Source: Macrostomum lignano (lineage: Eukaryota). Taken from it: a stretch of 64,000 nucleotides of DNA. Position numbers and translations under genes: made by a program. Of this stretch, positions 22,241 to 35,144 are shown one piece after another (positions within the stretch are counted from its first letter, which is position 1; every line of letters starts with the position of its first letter). The DNA lies in assembly GCA_002269645.1 (NCBI GenBank), contig NIVC01002522.1, positions 62,001-126,000 of the forward strand. Reading direction: 5' to 3'. Below the pieces are notes generated by a model. That model was not told the DNA's origin, ran no database searches, and worked only from the letters and a program-made list of their open reading frames with translations.

Positions 22241-23150
22241 ATAGCAGCGTCGATCTTGTCACTAATTTTATTTCAGCGAGAAATAGTGACAGAGCTGTCC
22301 GGCTGTCACTGTGAGCTCACTTGAGCTGTATAGATTGGCAGAGTCACGCACAAAGACAGTGCAAGCTCAGGCAATGGCAACAGAAGTTGCTTGTTAGTCA
22401 AATAAGATACAATTGAGTTGAGAAGATCCTCGCCGGAATCCTGACTAGCCATAAAATATCCCTACTAATTAACTCATCAGAAAATTTGCACACTTTGCAG
22501 ATGTCAGAGAAGAAACACTGTTTGATTGAAAGTTTTATTCAACAATCAAGTAAGGCAAGCAGTTAGAAGACAATTTAGCTCAGTTTACTTGATCAGAATT
22601 GCGGCCGATCGCAATTTGAAAGATTTATTTTCATTGAGATGGACAGGCAGTTCCGCTTTTATCAAGCGTTCAGTTTCAAAAACTAAGGAGCAACGGAGAA
22701 GCAAGGGGGGGGGGGAACAGTAGTTAGATGAGAGGAATTTCCCCACTTACAAGCGCATATTCTTTTCTAAAAATAGAAAACTTCTGGCCAATCAGAGTAA
22801 AGCAGGGCATTCCCTGCCTTTTGCATTTTTTAAAAACAGCACGTCCCAGCCAATCAGAGTGAATCGGGGTTTCTCCATTTTAGCCGGTTGCTAAAAATAT
22901 CCCTCCTTGCTTCCTGCGATCTGCTGCACTGCAACGCGATTAAAAGTGCGTCAAATTCTTTTCAAAACTTTTAACTAGCGAACCGCTTGAAACAAGTTTA
23001 GTTAAATTAGACCAAAATCGAGCTCTTTTAATTAGAATTAATTTAAGGGTCAGGGGTCAGATTAGAAATCTGACGGAACGCATTAGGTTTTTCGAATTTC
23101 AGGTGTTATTGTCCCCAGATATCGGCCGAAATGGCAGCTGTTCGGTCAGC

Positions 23151-26099
23151 TTATCGCCCGTAGCAGCTGATTGGGTGCAGGATGCACCGGTAGTCCATGC
23201 GTCGTTTCCGCCGCCGGTCCATCTGCGACTGCAGTCGGTGCTGCCACCAATCCCGGTCTGGCGACGGCGTCTGCTGCGGCTGCTGTCGCTGTTCCAACTC
23301 GGCTGCTGCATCCTTGGCTGCGTCTGCCGAGACTGCCTGCTGGAGTTCATCGTTTCATAATCAGTGACTGAACAGCGAAGTTCGAACAACTTTAAAACTG
23401 CTTGCTTCGGGACCGCCGCTTTTTCTCTTCCGTCTCTCTAAAACTTGCTGCATTTCCCGCTTTGGCTTCCCCTCTCTCCCTGGCTCCCCCTCTCTCCCTG
23501 GCTCCCCCTCTCTCCCTGGCTCCCCCTCTCTCCCTGGCTCCCCCTCTCTCCCTGGCTCCCCCTCTCTCCCTGGCTCCCCTCTCTCCCTGGCTCCCCCTCT
23601 CTCCCTGGCTCCCCCTCTCTCCCTGGCTCCCCCTCTGTCCCTGGCTCCCCCTCTCTCCCTGGCTCCCCCTCTCTCCCTGGCTCCCCCTCTCTCCCTGGCT
23701 CCCCCTCTCTCCCAAGATTGATATTGAATAAGTATCTTAGCTAGCATTATATGTAGCTTCTCCAATAATTAAACATTTTTTTACAGCTAAACAGTGTTTA
23801 AACAGTGCAACATAAGCTTTTTGATTTGATAAAGTATTTTATGCCGTTATAAAAATCAAAGCGTTGTCCTTAAATTAGTTTACAGCTAGAATAGGAGTAA
23901 TTAAATATTGATAACTATTGATATATTGTTAATATACTTGCAAAAAATATACACAAAATACGCTTCAAAATACTGTAAGTGAGTGCATGCAGAGCTGTAG
24001 AGTAGGACGGATAAATACGTAGGTAGGTAGGTAGGCAGGTAGGTAGGTAGATAGGTAGGTAGGTAGGCAGGTAGGTAGGTAGATAGCTAGGTAGGCAGGT
24101 ATGTAGGTAGGTAGGTAGGTAGGTAGATAGGTAGGTCGGTAGGTAGGTAGGCAGGTAGGTAGGTAGGCAGGTAGGTAGGTAGGTAGATAGGTAGGTAGGT
24201 AGGTAGGTAGGCAAGTAGGTAGGTAAGTAGGTAGATAGGTAGCCAGGTAGGTAGGTAAGTAGGTAGGAAGGTAGGTAGATAAGTAGGTAGGTAGGTGATA
24301 GGTAGGTAGGTAAGGTTAGACATTGATAGCATAAACCTTCATCCACCCTATTGAATTCTGATCACCGCAGCTCATCTACTTGAATGGCAGAACTAATTAA
24401 CAGGTAGCACAGAGAGGAGAGAAGCGAGGAAAGCGGAAACAAAGTGAAGACAAGTCGCTCAGTCTTCTAGAAGCAGGAGAGCCAGCCGGACAGAGTCTGA
24501 AACTTATCTGGCAGCATTGCTTTCAATCAGCCAAATTTAGACTTGCAGAAAGAAACATCGGGCTCAAGAAGACAGAAAGCCAGTCTGGAGACGGCCCCTC
24601 AGCCAGCCTCAGTCAGCCAATAAATAACTTTCTTTATACTTCCATTCGGATTTCTGCTTTCGATGAGAAAAGCGCAGTTGATGAGATTTGGAGATGAGCT
24701 CTGGAGCTGACTGAGTCACTCCTTCCTGACTCGACTGCCCGGGAAATAATGGGAAAAAGTCAAGATAGACCAAAATTAGAAAAGTGGTGGATAGGGGGAT
24801 ATTCTCCCATTTGGTGCAAAGTTTATTGTTTGGGAATTCAAGTCTAAGAGATCATTCGGTAATCTATGATGACTGTTCGGTAATCTTTGATGAGACTGTT
24901 CGGTAATCTATGATGAGACTCTTCGGTAATCTTTGATGAGACTGTTCGGTAATCTATGATGAGACTGTTCGGTAATCTATGATGAGACTGTTCGGTAATC
25001 TTTGATGAGACTGTTCGGTAATCTTTGATGAGACTGTTCGGTAATCTATGATGAGACTGTTCGGTAATCTTTGATGAGACTGTTCGGTAATCTATGATGA
25101 GACTGCTCGGTAATCTTTGATGAGACTGTTCGGTAATCTATGATGAGACTGTTCGGTAATCTTTGATGAGACTGTTCGGTAATCTATGATGAGACTGCTC
25201 GGTAATCTTTGATGAGACTGTTCGGTAATCTTTGATGAGACTGCTCGGTAATCTTTGATGAGACTGTTCGGTAATCTATGATGACTGTTCGGTAATCTAT
25301 GATGACTGTTCGGTAATCTATGATGAGACTGTTCGGTAATCTATGATGAGACTGTTCGGTAATCTTTGATGAGACTGTTCGGTAATCTTTGATGAGACTG
25401 TTCGGTAATCTATGATGAGACTGTTCGGTAATCTTTGATGAGACTGTTCGGTAATCTTTGATGAGACTGTTCTGTAATCTTTGATGAGACTGTTCGGTAA
25501 TCTTTGATGAGACTGTTGGGTAATCTTTGATGAGACTGTTCGGTAATCTTTGATGAGACTGTTCGGTAATCTATGATGACTGTTCGGTAATCTATGACGA
25601 GACCGTAGCCCAGTGGTCTGGCGCGGCCCTCCGATGTGCCAGCGGCCCAGGCTCGATTCCAAGTGTAGTCACATTAATTTGGGGCTGAATTGGAATCTCG
25701 GCCTGGCTCTGCTCGTGCAATTAACGCCCCTGATGGCCAACCCCCAAGGCACAGTGAAGTGTACATGCCTAACGATAAATAAAGTCCGGGCCGCTGTACA
25801 CTCCTGTGTGAGTGTGGGCCTGTGCGTATGACTGCGTACCTATCCGCGCTTGTGTGCTGCTCAGGGGAGTCGGCGGAATGGGCAGCAATGCCTCTCGCCG
25901 GTTGTGTGCCTATGTCGCTTAAAGTGCGCCAGGGTGCAAACACAGACATCGAAAACAGAGTCTTGCACAAAAATAGTCAAAGTTCAATTGGCTCTCTCAC
26001 CCAGAAGGACTGCCGAACTCTCCCAGCGGTGCTGGCGGTCCCCGGCTGCTGACTCAGGGCCAGCACGAGTAAAATCAGAAATAGCGCCGTGACCTTCAT
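23151..26099 (-). CDS. AstC: Allatostatin-C-like (PISC / somatostatin-family) neuropeptide precursor
   Basis: Signal-peptide exon 26099-26001 MKVTALFLILLVLALSQQPGTASTAGRVRQSFW (acceptor TCTTCCAG, donor GTGAGA). Terminal exon ends ...QMD-RRRKRR-MDYRCILHPISCY-GR* (peptide 23198-23160, stop 23153-23151), with C-x6-C and PISC as in AstC. Possible middle exon 25909-25840. Last junction unresolved. Confidence 0.8.
23470..23713. repeat. 18-bp tandem repeat (CCCTCTCTCCCTGGCTCC)n
   Basis: Visible tandem units. Confidence 0.93.
24018..24312. repeat. (AGGT)n microsatellite
   Basis: Visible. Confidence 0.95.
24853..25600. repeat. 23-bp minisatellite (CTGTTCGGTAATCTTTGATGAGA)n
   Basis: Visible tandem units. 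Confidence 0.95.
25601..25830 (+). mobile_element. tRNA-headed SINE, family B
   Basis: Box A TAGCCCAGTGG (25606-25616), box B GGCTCGATTCC (25650-25660); 3' segment GTGTACATGCCT...GGCCGCTGTACAC is shared with the 42440-42620 copy. Confidence 0.65.
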
Positions 26100-26867
26100 T
26101 GTCTGGAAGACGATCGTAAGATTAAGTTAAAAATAAAAATATTCTAGTGAAGGAATCCTACTTTACAATCTGTCTCATCAAACAGCAAGCACCGCATGCT
26201 ATGGATATTTTCATTCTTGTGCCTGTACACACCAAAAAATACCGAGCAAAAGTTACATGGACTTTTCTAGCTAAGCATCTGGATTGGAGACAAAAAATGA
26301 CTCGATTTTTTAGCAACATGAGGCCATGGTTTTCAAGCCCAATTGAGTAAGGCAGAACCGATTGTCTATTCATAAGCTTTATCCACCCAGTTTTGACCAT
26401 AAGACTTCTGTTTCATTTAATTAATTTTCTTCTCATCCAGTTTAGTTGATTTCATTTGAGTTCGAATTGCGGGAAATCTATGGCCTCATGTTTTCAAAAC
26501 TCTGGGCAGAGCCTTCCGGTCCAGATGCCAGCTTGAGAAGTCCATGTCTCGGGAATTTAATTCCTGGCCATAGACAGCTCCTCTGCTCGCTGACCGCTGG
26601 CACAAATTTAATTCAAGAAGCAGTTTAAGCCCCAGATTCTATACACCCCAATACACAGCACTGCTGTCTATGGCCAAAAGTCTCTAAATATAGACTACAG
26701 ACGTATCGAATCCATATTGTCTATGGCTACGTTATAGCGAGTATCACGAGACGGAGTCCTAACCAAAATTTGTGCCTTGACAACGAATTGAGCACTTGAG
26801 TGAGATAATTAAACTGAATGGCTATTTTCGAGTCATACTTCTAAAGCATAGATATGCTATCAGAAAC

Positions 26868-27160
26868 AGTATGTCAGTGTGTCTATGGTTGTTTAATGTC
26901 AATGCAGTATGTCAGTGTGTCTATGGTTGTTTAATGTCAATGCAGTATGTCAGTGTGTCTATGGCTGTTTATTGTCAATGCAGTATGTCAGTGTGTCTAT
27001 GGCTGTTTAATGTCAATGCAGTATGTCAGTGTGTCTATGATTGTTTAATGTCAATGCAGTATGTCAGTGTGTCTTTGATTGTTTAATGTCAATGCAGTAT
27101 GTCAGTGTGTCTATGATTGTTTAATGTCAATGCAGTATGTCAGTGTGTCTATGGTTGTTT
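26868..27160. repeat. 38-bp tandem repeat (CAGTATGTCAGTGTGTCTATGGTTGTTTAATGTCAATG)n
   Basis: About 7 visible copies. Confidence 0.92.
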
Positions 27161-27216
27161 TATGAAAATTCGGAATTTAAAAAATTGAACTTTATTAAAA
27201 GAAGTGACTTCCTCAC

Positions 27217-27288
27217 CTGGAGCCCGTGGGTTGCTGCTTTTGATTGATGCTTAGTACCAGCTAGAACGGTCTGAGTCAAATATTTATA
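27217..27288 (-). promoter_or_regulatory. TATA box and short non-coding first exon, probably of the AstC-like gene
   Basis: Minus-strand TATAAATA at 27288-27281; CCAG/GTGAGG donor at 27216; the next acceptor at 26103 precedes ACA-ATG. Confidence 0.55.
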
Positions 27289-27571
27289 AATTTTTCTGCG
27301 CTTCAGGCCGCCTCGATCGCAGGTTTAGGATATTTCTCCCTCCCTACGCAGAGATAGATGCAGTAGTTATAGGAAATTCCTATTCCTATAGCCAATAGGA
27401 AGGGAGGCTGGGAGCGGCCTTGTGATGAAGAAATATCCTTTGTTGATGAGACGGTAACTCCTTTAAAAATTGGCAAGTCAAGCGGAAATGCCACAGAAAA
27501 TTGGAGTTGCTGATGTTGGCCCAGTGAGCTGTGACAGCCCGAAGATTGGGGCCCATGTGTTCTAAAACCGG

Positions 27572-28332
27572 ATCTTCCCAACCCGAATGTTCCCAACCCG
27601 AATCTTCCCAACCCGAATCTTCCCAACCCGAATCTTCCCGACCCGAATCTTCCCCACCCGAATCTTCCCAACCCGAATGTTCCCAACCCAAATGTTCCCA
27701 ACCCGAATGTTCCCAACCCGAATGTTCCCAACCCGAATGTTCCCAACCCGAATGTTCCCAACCCGAATGTTCCCAACCCGAATGTTCCCAACCCGAATGT
27801 TCCCAACCCGAATGTTCCCAACCCGAATCTTCCTAACCGAATCTTCCCAACCGAATCTTCCCCACCCGAATCTTCCCAACCGAGTCTTCCCAACTGAATC
27901 TTCCCAACCCAATTCTTCCCAACCCGAATCTTCCCGACCCGAATCTTCCCCACCCGAATCTTCCCAACCGAATCTTCCCAACCGAATCTTCCCAACCGAA
28001 TCTTCCCAACCGAATCTTCCCAACCGAATCTTCCCAACCCAATTCTTCCCGACCCGAATCTTCCCGACCCGAATCTTCCCGACCCGAATCTTCCCCACCC
28101 GAATCTTCCCAACCGAATCTTCCCAACCGAATCTTCCCAACCGAATCTTCCCAACCCAATTCTTCCCGACCCGAATCTTCCCGACCCGAATCTTCCCAAC
28201 CGAATCTTCCCAACCGAATCTTCCCAACCGAATCTTCCCAACCGAATCTTCCCAATCAGAATCTTCCCGACCCGAATCTTCCTAACTCGAATCTTCCCAA
28301 CCCGCCCGAATCTTCCCAACCCGAATCTTCGC
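27572..28332. repeat. 14/15-bp minisatellite (CCGAATCTTCCCAAC)n
   Basis: Visible tandem units. Confidence 0.93.
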
Positions 28333-29199
28333 AATGCCTAATTTCCCTCAGCCCGAACCTTAGCTTTCTTAGCATGAAATTTTAAGCAGCGGCTTCTATA
28401 TTAAGAAAGCGTCTTCCTCATTGAATGTCTCGAATCCTGTCAGCAAAGCCGAACTCCACAAGCAGCAAGACGACCTTTTTCACTGCTCCTTCAAACCGGA
28501 AGCTCCAATCAACGGGTGCCACGCACTCGCACTTCCTCTACAAAAGAAGTGGCTGATTCATTCACAAGGCGGTGCTAAAAATGGCCAGAAGAAGTGGGCG
28601 GCGCTCTCTGATGGGGATTATTCCGGCAGTCAAGTGCGGGTTGGGGAGCAGGACTCGGACCGGGCTGATTGCCAGCAGCGGGTCCGGCAAATTGACCAAG
28701 GACGCTGGGGAAGAAGTTCGCACGCAAGCTATTGACAATAATGCCACTAGGCAATAATTATGGCCACATGTGGGCGGTGATGCAGCTGGGCTAGTCACTC
28801 TCACTCAACACTGCTCCTTCATTCTCTTATTACCGTGCCAGTTGGAAATACGGCTCGTAATAAGGCTCTACCCGGGCAAAAACTGGTCCGTGTCAATGCG
28901 GCCAGCGCTGATAATTATTATGATTAGTAGTTGCAACTGCTGGATAGATGGTAGGGGGTTCATGCAACGGGTCAGAAATATCCCCCTCCGCAGTTAATAA
29001 CATCTTCTTTCCCCTTGGTTGCATACTCGATCGGAGGTGCATCCCGTAAAATAATAATAACTCAGGCAGTCGGGGTGCTGCTGTCAGTTGCCCATCTGTT
29101 GGTCGTGCGAGTCACGAAGTTTGTACTTTTCATTTCATTTTTTAGTCTGAGCGCAGTACAGCGTGAACTGCTATTGATGCTATTGATGCAATTATATGA

Positions 29200-29650
29200 G
29201 TGAGGTGGGTGCAGAACTGGGAGTGAGGTGGGTGTAGAACTGGGAGTGAGGTGGGTGTAGAACTGAGAGTGAGGTGGGTGTAGAACTGGGAGTGGGGTGG
29301 GTGTAGAACTGGGAGTGAGGTGGGTGTAGAACTGGGAGTGAGGTGGGTGTGGAACTAGGAGTGAGGTGGGTGTAGAACTGGGAGTGGGGTGGGTGTAGAA
29401 CTGGGAGTGAGGTGGGTGTAGAACTGGGAGTGAGGTGGGTGTAGAACTGAGAGTGAGGTGGGTGTAGAACTGGGAGTGGGGTGGGTGTAGAACCGGGAGT
29501 GAGGTGGGTGTAGAACTGGGAGCGAGGTGGGTGTAGAACTGGGAGTGAGGTGGGTGCAGAACTGGGAGTGATGTGGGTGTAGAACTGGGAGTGAGGTGGG
29601 TGTAGAACTAGGAGTGAGGTGGGTGTGGAACTGGGAGTGAGGTGGGTGTA
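29200..29650. repeat. 23-bp minisatellite (GAGGTGGGTGTAGAACTGGGAGT)n
   Basis: Visible tandem units. Confidence 0.95.
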
Positions 29651-30789
29651 CAATTAGTGGATTTTGGTGGCTCTGGAAAAGCGTAAGCATTGATAGGTTA
29701 CAAAATTTTGATTCAGATTTAAATAGAAACTCTCTTTCTATTTGAAGCAGTTCCTAACGAGACTACTATCAGTAGCACCATAGAGTTTGACCATGGCAAT
29801 GGCATACAAGTTTATGCTTGGCTGCTGCTGTGAGCAGTAAATTATGGCGATAATCCATACTTTACGGCTTCCTCCACCCCTCCTCTCCCGCTCTGTCTTT
29901 GAGAAGATTGTCACGGTGATTGATGGCAGCAGCGCGGGGGACCACCCGGCGGCTCCATTGAAAAAGTTGGCCATGACAGGAAAATTTATTGTCACTTGGG
30001 GCAGGGGCTGAACGGGCCTCCCCCAGTCTGCGATGCAATAAATATAAATATGTGAATATGCAAATCTTTTGTGCTGTGCAGCCCCGTTTTGTTTTGAAAT
30101 TGTCCAAGCTTACGGGCTCTCGCTCTCCCCTCCCTCCCCTCCTCGCTCCCACTCTCTCGCTGCCCCATTGATTCATCGATCTGCCAGAAATCAGCTGGTA
30201 GTTCATGTGAGCTGCCAAACCTTTCTCTCTCTGTTTCTGGTTGCGCGGTGTGTCTTTCACAGTGCCGCCACCGCCTCCAGCGGCTTTTGAGTCGAGGATT
30301 TGAGAAGGCTGAACTGCGAGTCCCCCTGTCCCTCGGAGTCGGCCGGTCTCCCCATTATCCTGGCCTATCAATCACTCCCCGATTTGCTGGGCCGGTGGGG
30401 CCTGGCCGCGGCTCCTTTGACTGAACGACCTTCCAACCCCCCCCCCCTTCACAGGCCTTCGCCGGCCTCCTCACTTGGCCGCGGTCATTCTGCGGAGGCT
30501 GAACTGCCGACAATTTGACGGCTGTCATTGCTAGTGGCTCACCGCGTGGCGGAGAGCAAGAGGGAAGTGGAGAACTCGCGGATGAAGTCCGGTGATTGAT
30601 AGCTCGGCGGTCTGAGAGCGCGGCGAATCGCGCACACTGCATGCTTTGCGGCTGCGGCTAATGCAGAACTTCTGTACGGCAGGCCTGGTGCGGAAAACAA
30701 TATTTACCACTCTGTGATCCGCACTGGTATTTAACAGCATATAGCACTTTTATAGTGCTGTGCTTATGTTGGAAATTTGTTTATAGATT

Positions 30790-31308
<519 letters not shown>

Positions 31309-31879
31309 CACAGACAGTCCCAATGGCTCTCCAGCTGTTAAGAGCCTATAGGTGAGGCCAGTCTGCATGCAGTTCCAAATGCACCTGTCTGCGCACGCCT
31401 GTCTCTTGAGTTATTTTTTATAAAATGAATGGCCCGGCACGCCACACATTTTGATTTACTTCTTCGCTCACAAGAGGCGGCAAACTGTTGCACAGCCCGG
31501 GTAATGTATGCCCAGGGCGCGTGACACTTGCCGACAGGGAGGTGTTGGAGCCGCTTGGCCGGAAACCTTGCCTTTATTTGACTTTTTCTTTGCTAGTAAA
31601 TCATGCTGCAATGAGATTTTGCCGAAGAAAACAAAACAAGCGACAAAGAAACTTCATGCGATATTTGTCTGCAGTATACACTGGTTGTAATCCCACAAAG
31701 TCGAGCAAACAGTGTCTGCTATTGAAGACGTTCTTGAGCACAGTGGATAAGTGATGCTGCATGGATAGATGGTCACTGGGACCATTGGATAGACAGTTTC
31801 TTCTTCCTTTTCAAATCACTGAGAGCTGTGAAGAATCTTACGAGATCAAATATTGCACTGTTTGAGTCTCTCTCTGGTG

Positions 31880-32322
31880 TATCATGGAGGGTTCCTGATT
31901 CTCTGGTTTATCACGGAGGGTTCCTGATTCTCTCTGGTTTATCACGCAGGGTTCCTGATTCTCTCTGGTTTATCACGGAGGGTTCCTGATTCTCTCTCTG
32001 GTTTATCACGGAGGGTTCCTGATTCTCTCTGGTTTATCACGGAGGGTTCCTGATTCTCTCTCTGGTTTATCACGGAGGGTTCCTGATTCTCTCTCTGGTT
32101 TATCACGGAGGGTTCCTGATTCTCTCTGGTTTATCACGGAGGGTTCCTGATTCTCTCTGGTGTATCATGGAGGGTTCCTGATTCTCTCTGGTTTATCACG
32201 GAGGGTTCCTGATTCTCTCTGGTGTATCATGGAGGGTTCCTGATTCTCTCTGGTTTATCACGGAGGGTTCCTGATTCTCTCTGGTGTATCATGGAGGGTT
32301 CCTGATTCTCTCTGGTTTATCA
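31880..32322. repeat. 31-bp minisatellite (GGAGGGTTCCTGATTCTCTCTGGTTTATCAC)n
   Basis: Visible tandem units. Confidence 0.95.
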
Positions 32323-34310
32323 TAACCAACAAAAGCTCTGACCCTGAAGGTTTATTCATCGAGAATCAAACGCTCGTACGCTCGTACGTCGTTCAAAATG
32401 TATAAAAAATACCATCAAAACAAAGTCAGTTAAATTGCTTAACTTAATCCCAAAATCAGTAATTACATATTTATGAATTTACTGAAGTCACTTCAAGCCT
32501 CAGCCCGTCTGCGGTAGGCTAGATGGATGCTGGGCCGCCTCAGCACTGGAATGATGAAGATTTTTGACGGCGGCGAATACTGAAGAAATTTTTTAGTGTC
32601 ATACGTTCTGTGCAGCCATTTTTTAGCTAGACTATCATCACGCGGTAAAAAAATAGGTCCCAGAATCCCAGAAGGCTACGCAGACTTAGAGTATACACTT
32701 ACAAATGGAGATGCAGTGCATTGTAGCAGCTTTCGGCCAAAGCTAAAACAGTTAAAGAATTTTACAGAGACTTCTATTCTGATACTTACCTACACAGCAG
32801 CCATGCACCCGGTGTCTGCCAGTGCAGGCAGTTATTCCTCCCCTTCTTCTGGACCCTAAGGACGAATAACACCATAAACCTTTCCGCGACCCTCTACCCC
32901 CAGTCCTGGAAGCTGGTAAGGCGCGCTACTTTCTTAGAAAACTGCGCAAGGAGGCCTGTGGCTGCAGGCTTGGCCCCGCCTGGTGGCTGTTGTTGAGGCG
33001 GCTCAGTGCTGGTGTGTGGTGTGTTTGGTAGCGTAGACTCTCTTGTCACTTTTATAATGACCATCAATCAAGTGGCTGCGCAGGGGTGGGGGCCCGGCGG
33101 GCGGAAAGAGAGAAAGAGAGAGAGAGGGGGTTATAAATAGGAGTCCCACAGTTTTACACCCATCATGCGCAGACATAAATCAGGTTTCAGACTGACGAAC
33201 GACACAGTCAGTATGCGCCAGGGGCTGAGAGAGAGGCAGGCATCGGACCAGGGAGGGGGAGGGGTAGAAGAGAGGGCGCGACCCCCCTTCTCTGTGATCT
33301 TGCCGCCGATGCGGTCGCCCCATTGGATCACGAGGGTTGGTGGGCGGGGGGTTAGCGGCCCCTACCTCCTCATCCATTCCAAGATCGGGTGGCCATAAAC
33401 TCAGCGCGCGCATGCGTTACAGGCGAATACACGCAACTGCGCTCACAAGCACACAGAGGGGGCAGTCGTTAAATTTTTTAACTCCAAAAAGCCAAAAGCT
33501 CCTGCTGCAAAGCGAGATCAAAGATCCTTAAGCCTTACATGCCCTTACATTGTGTTCAGCGCTTTCGAACTTGACCAAAAAGTAAGTTTGTTTGGCTTGC
33601 TGAACCTTATCTATAGATCTTCATCTGCTCTCAAGCATGTCAATCAAATTATTTAACTGCATGCGATGCCTTTGTAACAAAGAAAAACGAAGGAATTTCC
33701 ATATCGAGTTGGTCTCAGATTCCAGATCATCACTTCCTCCCAGATTCTCCTCAGCTTCATCAACCCCTACCCCCTAATCCAGGTGAAGTGAAGGCATAGC
33801 TAATGTGTGTCTGCTGCAAGCAAGGATGGGGCTATGCAGTAAAGAGACAAGCTGCAGTGCTCAGGGGCGATATTCTCCTCTATATAATAATGCGCACTTT
33901 CTCCTTGCAGCACTTCCCATCTATGCAGCGAGCCTGCTCCATCTTTCACTCTCCCCGATCTCCTCTTTTCTCCCCCTTTCTCTCCTCTCCTCAATTTCTG
34001 CCAGCTCCCCAAACCTACTTATCCATCATCAGGGGTGCCTCTCTCCCCAAAGAACTAGCATATAATATATAGTATTTGCTCTTGTCTGATAGCCTCCGAG
34101 ATTGACAGTTCGCTGATTACATGTCACCGCTGGGAGACCGGGGACGGACTGCCTGGTTCCAACTATTTATAAATATGTATATGATTATGAAGGTTCTCTC
34201 CGGCTCCACTCCCCAGTGCCTCACTCTTCACCTCTTGTCCCAGTCCCCCTTAATCCCTTATACTCGCTGCACCTTTCGGACTCAAACTCGGTTTTGGACT
34301 GCTTACATCA

Positions 34311-34834
34311 ATTTAGACATTGCTGACATCAATTTAGACATTGCTGACATCAATTTAGACATTGCTGACATCAATTTAGACAATGCTGACATCAATTTAG
34401 ACATTGCTGACATCAATTTAGACATTGCTGACATCAATTTAGACATTGCTGACATCAATTTAGACATTGCTGACATCAATTTAGACATTGCTGACATCAA
34501 TTTAGACATTGCTGACATCAATTTAGACATTGCTGACATCAATTTAGACATTGCTGACATCAATTTAGACATTGCTGACATCAATTTAGACATTGCTGAC
34601 ATCAATTTAGACATTGCTGACATCAATTTAGACATTGCTGACATCAATTTAGACATTGCTGACATCAATTTAGACATTGCTGACATCAATTTAGACATTG
34701 CTGACATCAATTTAGACATTGCTGACATCAATTTAGACATTGCTGACATCAATTTAGACATTGCTGACATCAATTTAGACATTGCTGACATCAATTTAGA
34801 CAATGCTGACATCAATTAGAAAATGCTGACATCA
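34311..34834. repeat. Highly homogeneous 21-bp minisatellite (TGCTGACATCAATTTAGACAT)n
   Basis: About 25 nearly identical units. Confidence 0.97.
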
Positions 34835-35144
34835 AAAAATCAATAGAAATCAACCCTAAAATTATTGGAACACGTGAAAAATTCTTTTAGCGACCGAAAT
34901 AATCTTTAATGACATCGGAGCGTCAAGTAGGTCTGGCAATTCAAAAATGTCACGGCTATACTATAATGGTTTGCAGAGAATCAGTTTGGCATTAATCAAG
35001 TGTCTGAGTTGTATTAAGTCGAATTTGCATTTTTACAATCGTATTTAAACCTCAGCGACCTTTGCGAGATCTGGCGGTCGCTCCTTCTGCGCAGAATTGG
35101 CTGAGACCCAAGAGTTTTGGGTCGTAAATCATAGAGTGGTAGAT

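Noticed and set aside
22780-22860. Twin GCCAATCAGAG (NF-Y-type) boxes as a promoter
   Set aside because: They fall in the probable 3' UTR of the minus-strand neuropeptide gene, with no downstream plus-strand gene supported.
23103-23360. Plus-strand Cys-rich ORF or terminal exon, and the minus-strand ORF 23099-23389
   Set aside because: The plus ORF is the exact antisense frame of the AstC-like exon. The listed minus ORF is the neighbouring frame and has no recognisable features.
28421-28804. Overlapping short ORFs
   Set aside because: No motif, splice signals or consistent frame.
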